Below are positions 19,560 through 30,052 of a stretch of 64,000 bases of DNA, one piece after another. The stretch lies in NCBI GenBank assembly GCA_964014485.1, contig CAXHAT010000003.1, positions 30,359 through 94,358 of the forward strand. Reading direction: 5' to 3'. The notes beneath the pieces are model-generated. The model saw nothing but the letters and a program-made list of their open reading frames with translations, ran no database searches and was not told the origin of the DNA. Position 1 is the first letter of the stretch; every line of letters begins with the position of its first letter. A program made the position numbers and the translations under genes. The stretch comes from an uncultured Deferribacteres bacterium (GTDB lineage: Bacteria; Zhuqueibacterota; Zhuqueibacteria; Zhuqueibacterales; Geothermadaptataceae).

Positions 19560-19650
19560 TTAGTAAAGAGTGATTAGATGTTAGTGATTTCTGACTACTC
19601 ATCACTTTTTACTAATCACTGACTCAAAGACTTCCCCGCGTATCCATCCG

Positions 19651-19693
19651 AAAAAAGCCTCTCCCGCTGGTTTTAGGGAGAGGCTTTATTTTT
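19651..19693. terminator. bidirectional rho-independent terminator
   Basis: AAAAAAGCCTCTCCC...GGGAGAGGCTTTATTTT between convergent genes. Confidence 0.8.
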
Positions 19694-19763
19694 AGTGAAT
19701 AGTTATTAGTGATTGGTAATAGTGACGACCAAAGACTAACCACTATTTACTAAATACTGATCA

Positions 19764-21407
19764 CTACCCCAAATTCCTGCCTGTATTGATCACGTTCACG
19801 TCATTAAAGCGTGTGGTGGCGCAGCCGTGCGAGACGGCGCTGATTTGTCCGGGCTGACCTTTGCCGTCGAAGAACGAGCCGCCGAGACGGTAATCGCTCT
19901 CGTCACAAATGGCGGTGCAGGAATTCCAGAATTCTTGCGTGTTTGACTGGTAGGCGACGTCATCGAGCATACCGACGATTTTGCCGTCCTTTATTTCATA
20001 AAAAAGCTGCCCGCCGAACTGAAAATTGTAGCGCTGTTGGTCGATTGAGTACGAGCCGCGCCCATGAATATAAATGCCTTTCTCCACGTCCTTGATCATA
20101 TCGGCCACGGAAAGTTTTTGTTTACCCGCCGCTAAAGAAACGTTCGGCATTCTTTGAAATTGCACTGAGCTCCAATCATCGGCGTAGCAGCAGCCATGAG
20201 ATGCTTCTTCGCCAATAATGTGCGCCTGATCACGGATCGCCTGATAATTAACCAAAATGCCGTCCTTAACCAAATCCCAGCGTTTGCATTTCACGCCCTC
20301 GTCGTCCCAGCCGTTTGCGCCGAGGGAGCCGTGCTGCGTTTTGTCGGCAAAAAAGTTGACAATGTCGCTGCCGTATTGAAAAGATTTGGATTCCCACTTG
20401 TCCAACGTCGCGAAGCTGGTGCCTGCGTAATTGGCTTCATAACCCAAAACGCGATCCAATTCAAGCGGGTGCCCAACAGATTCATGAATGGTCAAAAACA
20501 GGTGCGTCGGGTCGAGAACTAGATCGTATTTTCCCGGCTCAACGGATTTCGCCTTGAGCTTTTCCTGCGCTTGTTTGGCGGCCAAAGCCGCGTCTTCCAA
20601 AATGTCGTAGTTGAGACCGTAGTGCGCGGTCACGTCGCCGCCGGTTGCGTATTTTGACGATGCTTTCGGCTCCATATATTCGTAGCCCAAGCCGATTGGC
20701 GCGCAGAAAGAATTGCGCGTCTTGAATTTGCCGGTCGATTTGTCGATGGCCGTTACAGTGAACGGACACCAAATACGATGCAGGTCTTGATCGCAGTAGG
20801 TGCCTTCGGTCGAGGCGAAATACTTTTGTTCATTCACCAGGAAAAGCTGCGAATTGACGAAATTGGCGCCGTTTTCCATTGCCATATGATTGGCTTCCAG
20901 CAGCAAATCCACTTTTTCAGAAATGGGGACTTCGAAGGCGTTTTTTTGAATCGGCGTTTTCCAGGAAACTTCGCCGTAGCCTTTTTCTTTGGCGAGTTGA
21001 ACCGGTTCATCCTGGATCGTAGCGTTGGCTTTGGCGATGGCCGCCGCTTGTTTCGCCGCTTGGGCGATTCCTTCGGTCGTTACGTTATCAGTCGCGGAAA
21101 AGCCCCAGGTCCCTTTCGCAATCACGCGAACGCCAACGCCGAAAGATTCCGTATTCACAATGTTTTGGACTTTGTTTTCCCGGGTAAAAATCCGCTGGTT
21201 GAGATAGCGCCCGATTCGAACATCGGCGTAGGAAGCCCCGGCGCTGCGTGCGGCTTGAAGCGCGACGTCCGCCAACGCTTTTTTGTCGCCGGATGGTATC
21301 GGCGAAAGCGCACCGAATGCGGAGACAGGGTTGCCGTACAATGGGATTGTGAGCATAGCGCCGCCAGCGCCAAGCCCGGCAAGCTTCATAAATTTGCGTC
21401 TTTTCAT
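19764..21407 (-). CDS. tldD: TldD/PmbA-family metalloprotease with Tat signal
   Basis: MKRRKFMK twin-arginine leader; IHESVGHPLELDR, DDEG, QRMPN, GKGQP.Q...VSHGC. Confidence 0.9.
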   Translation of the reverse strand: MKRRKFMKLAGLGAGGAMLTIPLYGNPVSAFGALSPIPSGDKKALADVALQAARSAGASYADVRIGRYLNQRIFTRENKVQNIVNTESFGVGVRVIAKGTWGFSATDNVTTEGIAQAAKQAAAIAKANATIQDEPVQLAKEKGYGEVSWKTPIQKNAFEVPISEKVDLLLEANHMAMENGANFVNSQLFLVNEQKYFASTEGTYCDQDLHRIWCPFTVTAIDKSTGKFKTRNSFCAPIGLGYEYMEPKASSKYATGGDVTAHYGLNYDILEDAALAAKQAQEKLKAKSVEPGKYDLVLDPTHLFLTIHESVGHPLELDRVLGYEANYAGTSFATLDKWESKSFQYGSDIVNFFADKTQHGSLGANGWDDEGVKCKRWDLVKDGILVNYQAIRDQAHIIGEEASHGCCYADDWSSVQFQRMPNVSLAAGKQKLSVADMIKDVEKGIYIHGRGSYSIDQQRYNFQFGGQLFYEIKDGKIVGMLDDVAYQSNTQEFWNSCTAICDESDYRLGGSFFDGKGQPGQISAVSHGCATTRFNDVNVINTGRNLG

Positions 21408-21649
21408 GAAGTTGTCTCCTTAACATTGGTTAGAATTTGTTCTGCGATCCATCATTTAGATTCGAGGCGGGATCGTTGTTTAAACTGTGGTTAGAGCCTG
21501 GGCCTCGTCGATGGCATGATAAGAGAATATTTTTTCACTCGTGTTCAAAATAGAATCCTACTGAATGACATGTGCAGGTTTTGACGGAGGGGTGAAAATC
21601 AAAATTCTCCCCCGCGATTTTTGAAGAGCGCGGAGGAGAATTTTTCAAA

Positions 21650-22174
21650 TTATGAAAGCGTGCCGGAGAGATAGTAGTTGCCGTAGTGCCAAATGAGAGT
21701 GGCTTTGCCTTCTTGCGAACCGTGCCCGGGCATGATGTCAAAGTAGATGTGCGCTGAGCCTTGTTCCGTCTTTTCGAACAAAGAATCGAGCTTGATGACT
21801 TTTGACATGTCAGGCTCTTGCCCGCGCGCCGGACGCCCCGGATAAAGCGCGAGGCTCCAATCATTTTCTCCGTTCATGATGGCGCCGACGGTGTAGCTGC
21901 CTGCGGCTATCGTTGCGTCGCCGACAGTAATGTCAGCAGAGAATTCAACAGTGCAAAAGCTTGGATTGAAAGCGCCTTTTTTCACGTTTTCAATGTGCTC
22001 CATGTTGGCCGGAGCAGTAAAATAAGACAGCTTTGTTTCAACGTCGCCGACTTTGGTCGTCACTGTTTTTTGCAAGTGCGGATGACGGCGTGCGCTTGCC
22101 TGATCGATCGTCAGAGCAATTCCAGCAACGGCTAGGGTTAGTGTTGCGACTAAAACTTTGTTCTTTCTGAGCAT
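21650..22174 (-). CDS. secreted DUF2911-like protein
   Basis: Signal peptide; EFSADITVG..TIAAGSY......WSL. Confidence 0.6.
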   Translation of the reverse strand: MLRKNKVLVATLTLAVAGIALTIDQASARRHPHLQKTVTTKVGDVETKLSYFTAPANMEHIENVKKGAFNPSFCTVEFSADITVGDATIAAGSYTVGAIMNGENDWSLALYPGRPARGQEPDMSKVIKLDSLFEKTEQGSAHIYFDIMPGHGSQEGKATLIWHYGNYYLSGTLS

Positions 22175-22328
22175 AAGTCCTCCTTAAAAATAAGAAAGTT
22201 ATTCATGACGGCGCATACGCAAACTAAAAGAAAGACCAGGCGCACGCAATGAATGTTCAACCGAACTATACTTAACTTTCTGCAAAGAACACAGCGGATT
22301 CGCAGAAGAAGCAACTTTTTTTGAACGC

Positions 22329-24458
22329 CTACTCGGCGGGAAAACTGTGAATTGGCGAAATGTATTTTCGCCACCACTTCAATTCCTGGTCATAGCGATG
22401 CACCATGTTCCAGGGCGTCCAGCCGCCGTGGTACATGTCGGGATAGCGTACAAAGCGGGCCGGAACGCGATTCTTTTTCAGGGCGACGTACATTTGCTCG
22501 GCTTCTTCAATCGGAACGCGCAAATCGGCCTCGCCGTGAATGAATAGGGTCGGCGTGGCCACGTTTCCGGCGTAAATAATTGGCGAGTATTTCAAGAGCA
22601 ATTCGCGGCCTTGCTTTTCCCAGGGCGGGCCGAAAAATTCACTTTCCTTTGTGCGCGGAATGTCCGCCACGCCATAATCACTGATCCAATTGGAAATCGA
22701 TGCGCCTGCGACGGCTGCCTTGAATCGGCGCGTTTGGGTGATAATCCAATTGGTCATGAATCCGCCGTAAGAATATCCCGTCACGCCCAAGCGATTCGCG
22801 TCAACCGGATAGCTTTTTAAAACATGATCGACGCCGGCCATCAAGTCTTCATAATCAAGCTTGCCCCACCCGCCCCACGTAGCCCAGCGAAACTTTTCGC
22901 CATAACCGACGGAGGCGCGCGGATTGATGTAGAGAATCACGTACCCGGACGCGGCATAGAGATGTCTTTGAAAATTGAAGTTGTTGCCGTAAGCGCCGTG
23001 TGGTCCGCCGTGGATTTGGAGGATCATCGGGTATGGGCCGCCTAGCTGACTGTAATCCGGCGGGAAATGCAGCCAGCCCTGGATTTTTGTACCATCCTTG
23101 CTCTTAAACTCGATTTGACGCACTTTGCCGATCTCTCGGTTGCCCAGAAATTCGGCGTTGTTGTTTGTGATCTTCGCTTCGAAGGAGCCGTCAAGATTCG
23201 CGGATTTGATTTCGCCCGGACTTTCTGGGGTCGTTGCCTGGTAAGCCATTCTAGGATATTCGCTCGCAAAGCTGAAGTCGGACAACCACCTTTCGCCTTC
23301 GGTAAGTTGCTGAATCTCTCCGCCGCCCGTCGGAACGCTAAACAAATGTCGATTGCCTTTTGTTACTGCTGAAAATAGAATTTGCCTGCCGTCGGAACGC
23401 CAGACTGGGTTGGATGGAATCAAATCCCAATCGGCCGTCATGTTATCAGGGCCGCCACCGCCCGCGGAAAGCCAAAAAACGTCGGTTGGTGAGCCGTAGT
23501 TTTGTTTTCGAGCAATGATTTCGTTTAAGCTTTCATACCCCAAAACCGCGATTGCCGTGCCGTCGGGCGACCATGCCGGATTGAAGTAGTGGTAAGCGTC
23601 CTCCGTTAATCTGTGCACTTTTCCGTTTATATCGACCATCCACAAGTCAGCTCGCTCATAAGACAATTCATCGCGCTGATACACGTCCGCCGTGAAAGCT
23701 AAGGCGGTGCTGCTAGGTTGCCATGTAACGCCTCGAACGTCGACGCCCATTTCCGTCAACCGTCGCGCTTCGCCGCCTGCTCTGGGTAAAAGAAAAACTT
23801 CCAGGGACGGCGTCGCGTCCGGGTCGCGCGGATCGTTTAAATATCCTCTGCGGTCAAACCGGAAGTTCATCCAATCATAAATGCGTCCTTCAAATCGCGA
23901 AGCCAACAGTTTTTCTCGTTCAGTTTTTGGGAATGCTCGTTGAGGTTCCAGGCGTTTTGTAAACGCAATCCATTTGTTATCGGGGCTAAAAATCGGGGCG
24001 CCTTCAAGGCCGGGAATCTGGTACGCTTCGCCCGGCGTGCCGTCCATTTTAAGGAACCAATATTTTGTTTTGCTCTGCTCAGCACTCCCGTCGACTTTTC
24101 TTGTTGATTCGAACGCGAGCAGAACGCCGTCCGGGCTCCATCTGGGATTGACGGCGTTAAATGCCGGGGTGGTGAGGCGTATCGGGGAGTGAGAGCCGTC
24201 TACTGGCGCAAGCCAAATTTCAGAACGTCTTCTATTTTCCGCTTCGAGAATTCTGGTTTTAACATAAGCGACGCGTTTACCGTCGGGGGAAATAGCGGGG
24301 GAGCTTACGCGCTCAATGGCGTAATAGTCCTCAAGTTTAATCGCTTGTTTGCTTGTTTGGGAATGCGCCGAGACGATTCCGCCAAAGACCGCTAAAATAC
24401 AAATGCCGATGAGCGGGATTGTGCGGAGTTTTGCACCAAAAGCACTGAGCGTTTTCAT
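22329..24458 (-). CDS. S9 family peptidase (acylaminoacyl/dipeptidyl peptidase)
   Basis: PD40/WD40 propeller (SPDG repeats), IHGGPH, GYSYGG, D.RVP, catalytic His near C-terminus. Confidence 0.92.
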   Translation of the reverse strand: MKTLSAFGAKLRTIPLIGICILAVFGGIVSAHSQTSKQAIKLEDYYAIERVSSPAISPDGKRVAYVKTRILEAENRRRSEIWLAPVDGSHSPIRLTTPAFNAVNPRWSPDGVLLAFESTRKVDGSAEQSKTKYWFLKMDGTPGEAYQIPGLEGAPIFSPDNKWIAFTKRLEPQRAFPKTEREKLLASRFEGRIYDWMNFRFDRRGYLNDPRDPDATPSLEVFLLPRAGGEARRLTEMGVDVRGVTWQPSSTALAFTADVYQRDELSYERADLWMVDINGKVHRLTEDAYHYFNPAWSPDGTAIAVLGYESLNEIIARKQNYGSPTDVFWLSAGGGGPDNMTADWDLIPSNPVWRSDGRQILFSAVTKGNRHLFSVPTGGGEIQQLTEGERWLSDFSFASEYPRMAYQATTPESPGEIKSANLDGSFEAKITNNNAEFLGNREIGKVRQIEFKSKDGTKIQGWLHFPPDYSQLGGPYPMILQIHGGPHGAYGNNFNFQRHLYAASGYVILYINPRASVGYGEKFRWATWGGWGKLDYEDLMAGVDHVLKSYPVDANRLGVTGYSYGGFMTNWIITQTRRFKAAVAGASISNWISDYGVADIPRTKESEFFGPPWEKQGRELLLKYSPIIYAGNVATPTLFIHGEADLRVPIEEAEQMYVALKKNRVPARFVRYPDMYHGGWTPWNMVHRYDQELKWWRKYISPIHSFPAE

Positions 24459-24763
24459 TATTCACCTCCTTGGTAAGGCGAGCAAGTTGTGAAACGTGGT
24501 TGTCCCCCAAGAACATGAAATTTGATTGTCCTGAACGAATTTGATCGTGGTTGGTATTGGAAAGCTAAAAACGGGTGGAAGGTGAGAAGAGCGTAAACGA
24601 TGCGCACGACCCAAGATATAACATTCAATTTCCCGTAGAGCCGATTCGCATCGATCATGATGAGCATCGTTTTGAGCAAGAAGCAGTTTGTTAGTTAGGA
24701 ATCAAAGGAAAGTCTCCTTAACGTGCCATCCACAATCCTTATAAGTGACATTTGCATCAAAAT

Positions 24764-24799
24764 AAAAAGCGATTCTACTCTAGCAAGCAGAATCGCTTC
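24764..24799 (-). terminator. rho-independent terminator after the sigma factor gene
   Basis: AAAAAGCGATTCT...AGAATCGCTT hairpin, U-tract on minus strand. Confidence 0.65.
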
Positions 24800-24855
24800 G
24801 TCGTTAAAAATACGAAATTGTACGCTCATGTTCGGGCTTTCAAGTGAGTGTGATT

Positions 24856-25548
24856 TTAATACCTTTTTTCCGAAGCGGAGAGTTCGTTTTTAACGATGTT
24901 TTTTAGCCGCGTGACGATATTCCCGATACGTTTCGCTGAAAGATCGAACTGTTTTTGCTCTGCGATCTCTTTCGCGGTAAAACCATAAAAAACGCTTAAC
25001 TTAAACAAAAGCTTGTCTCGACTTTGTGATTTTTCACTCACAGCCTTTTCAAGAATAAGTTCGATTTCCTCTTTGAGTTGCTGAACTTGCAATTCGTTCT
25101 GCAAGTCGCATGAAAATGACTGCGCAACGTCTATAATGTAAAAAAACTCCTTATTCCCAAAACGGCCCAACGGCGCAAAAATTGAATCTGTCACAGGCAG
25201 ATTGCTTTTTCGCTTTGTCCTGGTGTGATAATTACGCACGCAATTCATCGCAATCATCGTCAGATACGCGTGAATAGAATTGTCGTTTTGGCCCCTGAAT
25301 GATCTCAAGGCGCGAAATTCGTTTGCCACTAGTTTGACATAAACGTCCTGCACCAAATCTTCAAAAACGTCTTCAAAGTTCAATTCTGATTTTTCGATAT
25401 GCTTGCGAATACATTCACGCTTGACATTAACCTTGATGGTCTTGTCATAGCGTGAGACAAACTCGTTCCATGCGGGAGCGGAATCTTTGTTTTGAATGCA
25501 ATACTGAATGAGACTATTGTTGTCGAATTTGGAGAAATCAGTGATCAT
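24856..25548 (-). CDS. ECF-type sigma-70 factor
   Basis: AWNEFVSRY, EDLVQDVYVKL, YL..IAMN region 2; G.TAKEIA region 4 HTH. Confidence 0.88.
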   Translation of the reverse strand: MITDFSKFDNNSLIQYCIQNKDSAPAWNEFVSRYDKTIKVNVKRECIRKHIEKSELNFEDVFEDLVQDVYVKLVANEFRALRSFRGQNDNSIHAYLTMIAMNCVRNYHTRTKRKSNLPVTDSIFAPLGRFGNKEFFYIIDVAQSFSCDLQNELQVQQLKEEIELILEKAVSEKSQSRDKLLFKLSVFYGFTAKEIAEQKQFDLSAKRIGNIVTRLKNIVKNELSASEKRY

Positions 25549-25874
25549 AGCAGCACGATGGGGTAGGAAGTGTGCATTAATTGCAATTCAACATCACGTG
25601 AAGCAGCGACTTCATTTCAAAACATCGCTTGGCAAAAAGGTAATCTCAATGTAGTCAATTTATGCAACTATAAACAGGGCGATCCCCCCAGTCGCCCCGA
25701 TTTATAGTTTTATTTATCGTTTGCATTGAATTGATTCTATATGAGTTATTCGGATTTGCTGCTAAATAATAATGGATAATGATTCTTAACATAAACTTTT
25801 TGACAAATTTTTTTGAGGTGATTCCCTTAATAGTTTTGCATTTTTTGCGTTAACTATTACGTTGAAAGATTTTG

Positions 25875-25902
25875 TTGACATTGTTGGGCAAAAGTTTATA
25901 TT
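25875..25902 (+). promoter_or_regulatory. sigma70 promoter for tRNA-Asn
   Basis: TTGACA-N16-TATATT about 14 nt upstream of the tRNA. Confidence 0.6.
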
Positions 25903-25916
25903 TAGGCTCTCGAAAT

Positions 25917-25989
25917 TCCCGAGTAGCTCAACCGGCAGAGCGGGTGGCTGTTAACCACTAGGTTGTAGGTTCGAGTCCTACCTCGGGAG
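25917..25989 (+). tRNA. tRNA-Asn (GTT)
   Basis: Acceptor TCCCGAG/CTCGGGA+G, D arm GCTC..GAGC, anticodon arm GTGG-CTGTTAA-CCAC, T arm GTAGG-TTCGAGT-CCTAC; CCA not encoded. Confidence 0.97.
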
Positions 25990-27534
25990 CATAATAGGAC
26001 GTGGGTCAGCTTTTTTCGGAAGGCTGGCCTTTTTTGTTTGATATTCTCTGTTCGTAACCGCAAGAATATCAAATGGTTGTGTGTATGTGGGGATCAGCTT
26101 GCCATGCTTCCACAGCGAGTTCGAGAATACAAAATTTAACAGCTTTCGTTTCTCCTCCATTTCCTGTTTTTCGTATAATTGTACGGCTTTTTGAGACAAT
26201 TCTAGAATTTGAGCGCCATCATCGAGATAGGATTTGTTGGCGTTTTCATATTTTGCAATTTTTTGAAGGATTTTGGCTTGCTCCACTCTCCATTCTTCGC
26301 TTTTGCTTTTGAAAAATTCCTGCGTGATATTGCCATCAAGTTTGTCGACATACATCGCGTCAACGCGATTTTGAAGCAGCTTGTATCTTAGTTGCAGTTT
26401 TTCGATCATCTCGTCGTGAAATTTTTTCTCATCCTTATGACTTTCTTTTAAGGCTGTTACAACCCAATCCAAAACTTCGGCATCCATTCTGATAGCCCGT
26501 AATGCCTGTGCAAATTGCCTTGCCAACTCCTCTTCACGAACAAACTTTTCCGGACATTTGCCTTTACTGCCTGTGCAATGATAGTAAATGTACTTCTTTT
26601 TCTGAATTTCAGCCGTCAGTGTGCAGCCGCAATGACCGCAACTTACAAGGCCCTGAAAAGCCCAACGATGCTTCTGTTGTCGGGTCTTCCGTCGTCCCTT
26701 GATCTCCAACACATTTTGAACTTTCTCGAATAGTTCTTTCTGAATGATCGGCTCATGCACGCCTTCATAAAGCTTGCCCGTCCACTTAAATTCTCCGTGA
26801 TAAATCGGATTCTTCAAAATTTTATGCACGATACTTTTGTGAACCGTCTTATCCGTATTTCGATAAGTCATGCCTGCCGCAACGGCCTTATGGGTCACTT
26901 GCTTCAGCGAGTAATTACCGGTTGCATACCACTCGAAGAGTTTTCTGATCATGGGAGCAACAGCAGGATCAGGTTGAATGATACGCTTGCCGTTGCATGT
27001 GACATTGATGTAACCAAGCGGTGCGTGACCGGGATAAATGCCTTGTTGCGCTTTTTCAAGCATTCCTTTCTTGGTCTCTTCTGAAAGATTGTCAATATAG
27101 TTTTTCGCCATCAGTACTTTGATGCCGTGAATCAGCTTTTCCGATGAACGTGAATCGTTCGAAAGAATGCAATTCTCTTTCACGAAATGAATTTCTAAAT
27201 CCAACTCGTCAAGCGTCACCCAATCTTTCAGATTTCTGTATAGCCTGTCCGTCTTCTCAACCAGAATGGTTCTGCAAGGCTCGGCTATACTCTTGTTCCT
27301 GATTTGTTTTCGGAGATAATTCACCATAGCTGAGAAATTTGTTCGTCCAGATCGCTTGGCAGTTTCGACATCGACGTACTTCTGAGCGATGATGAAGCCC
27401 TTTTCAGTCGCATATGAGTTAAGCAGTTTTAATTGCGAAGGGATTGAATAACCTTCTTTTTCCTGCTCTTTTGATGATACGCGAGCATAAATCACCGCGT
27501 TTGGACGCTGTAATGCGCTACTCGAATTCTTCAT
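25978..27534 (-). CDS. large serine recombinase (integrase)
   Basis: YARVSS..Q...YSI..Q, DRL.RN, recombinase domain, CGHCG...YY.C......C zinc ribbon, coiled coil. Confidence 0.95.
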   Translation of the reverse strand: MKNSSSALQRPNAVIYARVSSKEQEKEGYSIPSQLKLLNSYATEKGFIIAQKYVDVETAKRSGRTNFSAMVNYLRKQIRNKSIAEPCRTILVEKTDRLYRNLKDWVTLDELDLEIHFVKENCILSNDSRSSEKLIHGIKVLMAKNYIDNLSEETKKGMLEKAQQGIYPGHAPLGYINVTCNGKRIIQPDPAVAPMIRKLFEWYATGNYSLKQVTHKAVAAGMTYRNTDKTVHKSIVHKILKNPIYHGEFKWTGKLYEGVHEPIIQKELFEKVQNVLEIKGRRKTRQQKHRWAFQGLVSCGHCGCTLTAEIQKKKYIYYHCTGSKGKCPEKFVREEELARQFAQALRAIRMDAEVLDWVVTALKESHKDEKKFHDEMIEKLQLRYKLLQNRVDAMYVDKLDGNITQEFFKSKSEEWRVEQAKILQKIAKYENANKSYLDDGAQILELSQKAVQLYEKQEMEEKRKLLNFVFSNSLWKHGKLIPTYTQPFDILAVTNREYQTKKASLPKKADPRPIMLPR

Positions 27535-27538
27535 AAGC

Positions 27539-27703
27539 CTATTTCCTTTGTTTCAAAAGCTCAGTCGTTATAAGGCTGGAGACCCATTCTTGAATAGTCG
27601 TATCCTGCTCGATGACGTATAATTTTAACTTCTTATGCACGTCTTCTGGGAGGCGCACATGAATCATTCTTTCTCTTGTTCTTTTGGATGCTTTTTTTGT
27701 CAT
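27539..27703 (-). CDS. small ribbon-helix-helix DNA-binding protein (54 aa, not in ORF track)
   Basis: MTKKASKRTRERMIHVRLPEDVHKKLKLYVIEQDTTIQEWVSSLITTELLKQRK; GGAGGAG SD; ends 4 nt before the recombinase ATG. Confidence 0.8.
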   Translation of the reverse strand: MTKKASKRTRERMIHVRLPEDVHKKLKLYVIEQDTTIQEWVSSLITTELLKQRK

Positions 27704-27823
27704 GAGTTTTCTCCTCCATTTTAAAAAACCGCGTTACAAATATAACAATGTGGTCGCAAAAATTCAGCTAAAAATTTGCTACATTGTCTTGCAAAGTTCA
27801 CCCAAAACAGAATTTTGTCACGG

Positions 27824-30052
27824 CTATTCGGCGTCGCTCACGCGACAGTAAGAATTCCGAACAAATTCTTTAGCCAATTTTTCAGCCTTCATACGCTCAT
27901 ACCCGCCATCAAATTCCAGGATTGCGGCGCGTTCGTTATACGCTTCCCGCCATTTATCCGGCCACGTTTCATACTTATCAGGCAAAGTCGTGATTTCGAC
28001 CTGATGATTCGTTTTTTTACTACCGACACGAGTGATTTTCGCAGGAGGGGGTTTGTACCTTCCGGTTTCGTTTGCAACCCTGCAACCCTTAAGCTGTTCA
28101 ACAGTAGGCAAGAGACTTGATTTTTCAGGTAGAGGGTCGCCGATCACTAATTGTGCAGCTCGGCCTTTGCGACTTTCAAGATTCTTCAAATAGCCATGCT
28201 CAATGGCGACGTGAGTTCGTCGCAGGGTTGTTGATTTATCTAAAGACAGCTTTTGGGATAACGCTTTAATGGTGACGGAATCTTCTTTATGCTCGATGAG
28301 TTCTTGCACCGCTTCTACTGTCTCTCTGACCGTTGCGGAAACCGAGACTTCAATGCCTTCCGCGAGTATGTTGACAATCAATTCACGAACAGATGTATAA
28401 TCCTGGAAAGTCGCGATAATGTCTCCATCTTCATTACGTTCTCGGTTGACCTGATGGAGTAAAGCGTGAGACTTTATCAGGTTCAAAAGCAATGAAAAGT
28501 CGCGACGCAGCCTCAATGCAACCGGCGGGATCAAGGCGGCAAGATCGCGCGCATATGGAATTTTTACTTTATGCTCTGCCAATTCAAGCCATTCCTGAAA
28601 AGCAACCCAGGGTGTAAGATCGTAACTCTCTTTTCGCTCTTCCGCCAGCGCGAATAAAATTTCCCTCGTATGATCCGGCGTATCCGTGACATTTACGGTA
28701 AGAAATCGCGTCTCATTTTCAGGATGCAGGCGAACGGCAGTCGTCGTGACAATCAACCCGGTTGGCCCTTCACGAACGATCATCCTGGCTCTCAATCCTT
28801 TTGACGTCTTTTCCACCGTCTCGTAACGAACCCGCCCCTCGCTCAACAATGATCTGATCAAGTACGTCGCAAATTCACCTTTCATTCCCGCAGCTTCATA
28901 AATGACGAGGAAACGATGCTCAAGCGGCTCCGTCGAATAGGCCAATGCACGTTCACTCATCCCGCTCAAAGCATAAAAAGCACTGTCAGGAAATAATTTG
29001 AGCACACGGTCTACAAGATAGGATTTGCCTCCAGAGCTCGGGCCTTTGACAGAAACTGAAACAGGCCTCTGAAGAAATCGGCTGGTAACGGCCAAATAAA
29101 GAAGTTTAGCATGACGGGATTCTCCCACCATTCCGATTTTGCTGAGAACGTCAGTCAATAAACCGAGAATGGAATCAGCTTCCGCCAGATGCCGGCATTG
29201 ATGCCAAAGCGCCTGTATTTTTTCTTCTCTCTCGCGTTGTTCAATTTCAGACCACGGTGCTGCGATTTTAATGGCCGCTTCCCAGGCGTTTGCAAAATTT
29301 TCAGGGTTCGCCATATGGAGTTCTGAGACGTCTTTAGCGTTTTCGAACTGAATGAGCCAGATGTGATTCCGAATAGACGATTTCGTGATCCACTCGACGA
29401 CCGCATCACCGCCACTGTCGGGCTCTATGATCACATAGATTTTTTCGATGCCGTCAAAATATTTCCCCCACGGCTCCTGCCAAGTATTGGCGCCCGGAAG
29501 ACCAATAGCCGGAATATTGTGCAGCCACAATGTTTGTGTATCACTCTCTCCTTCACAGAGTACGATATACCCGGTGCGTTTAGCATCAGCCATTTTCCAT
29601 AATCCGTACAGCGACAGCTTCGAGCCTTTTTTCCAACGAAATCGATTGTCATCGTCGGCAGACCTGGTTAATCCCGTGCGAAATCTGACGGCGGTCTCTT
29701 CTCCTGATTCATTGTAATATGGTATTCGCACCGCAGGTTTTCCCATGTACTTGATCTGAGTCGTCCCCAGTTTTTGTAAGAATTTGACCGGAAGTTTTTT
29801 CTTCGCGGAATAGTCGTCAAGTGTACAACCGCCCGTGGGTTGCAGGGTTGCAGTGGAATTTCCCGGGATATGCGCCCTCCCCGTTTGTGTGCGAATATGT
29901 TTCCCGCAAGCGGGATGAAAACATTTGCCGATGGCGTCATCGCTCTTTATCGAAAACTTCTTTTTACCGCAAAACGGACACTCAACTTTTTTACCTGGGC
30001 GACCTGAGATGTTATATTGATCGCGAAGAATCTGAGATACTGAGTAACTCAT
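27824..30052 (-). CDS. Zn-finger + TOPRIM primase fused to P-loop ATPase/helicase-like domain
   Basis: CPFC...C...C, LCEGESD...DSGG TOPRIM, GPSSGGKS Walker A, C-terminal helical region and ERAAILEFDGG tail. Confidence 0.85.
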   Translation of the reverse strand: MSYSVSQILRDQYNISGRPGKKVECPFCGKKKFSIKSDDAIGKCFHPACGKHIRTQTGRAHIPGNSTATLQPTGGCTLDDYSAKKKLPVKFLQKLGTTQIKYMGKPAVRIPYYNESGEETAVRFRTGLTRSADDDNRFRWKKGSKLSLYGLWKMADAKRTGYIVLCEGESDTQTLWLHNIPAIGLPGANTWQEPWGKYFDGIEKIYVIIEPDSGGDAVVEWITKSSIRNHIWLIQFENAKDVSELHMANPENFANAWEAAIKIAAPWSEIEQREREEKIQALWHQCRHLAEADSILGLLTDVLSKIGMVGESRHAKLLYLAVTSRFLQRPVSVSVKGPSSGGKSYLVDRVLKLFPDSAFYALSGMSERALAYSTEPLEHRFLVIYEAAGMKGEFATYLIRSLLSEGRVRYETVEKTSKGLRARMIVREGPTGLIVTTTAVRLHPENETRFLTVNVTDTPDHTREILFALAEERKESYDLTPWVAFQEWLELAEHKVKIPYARDLAALIPPVALRLRRDFSLLLNLIKSHALLHQVNRERNEDGDIIATFQDYTSVRELIVNILAEGIEVSVSATVRETVEAVQELIEHKEDSVTIKALSQKLSLDKSTTLRRTHVAIEHGYLKNLESRKGRAAQLVIGDPLPEKSSLLPTVEQLKGCRVANETGRYKPPPAKITRVGSKKTNHQVEITTLPDKYETWPDKWREAYNERAAILEFDGGYERMKAEKLAKEFVRNSYCRVSDAE

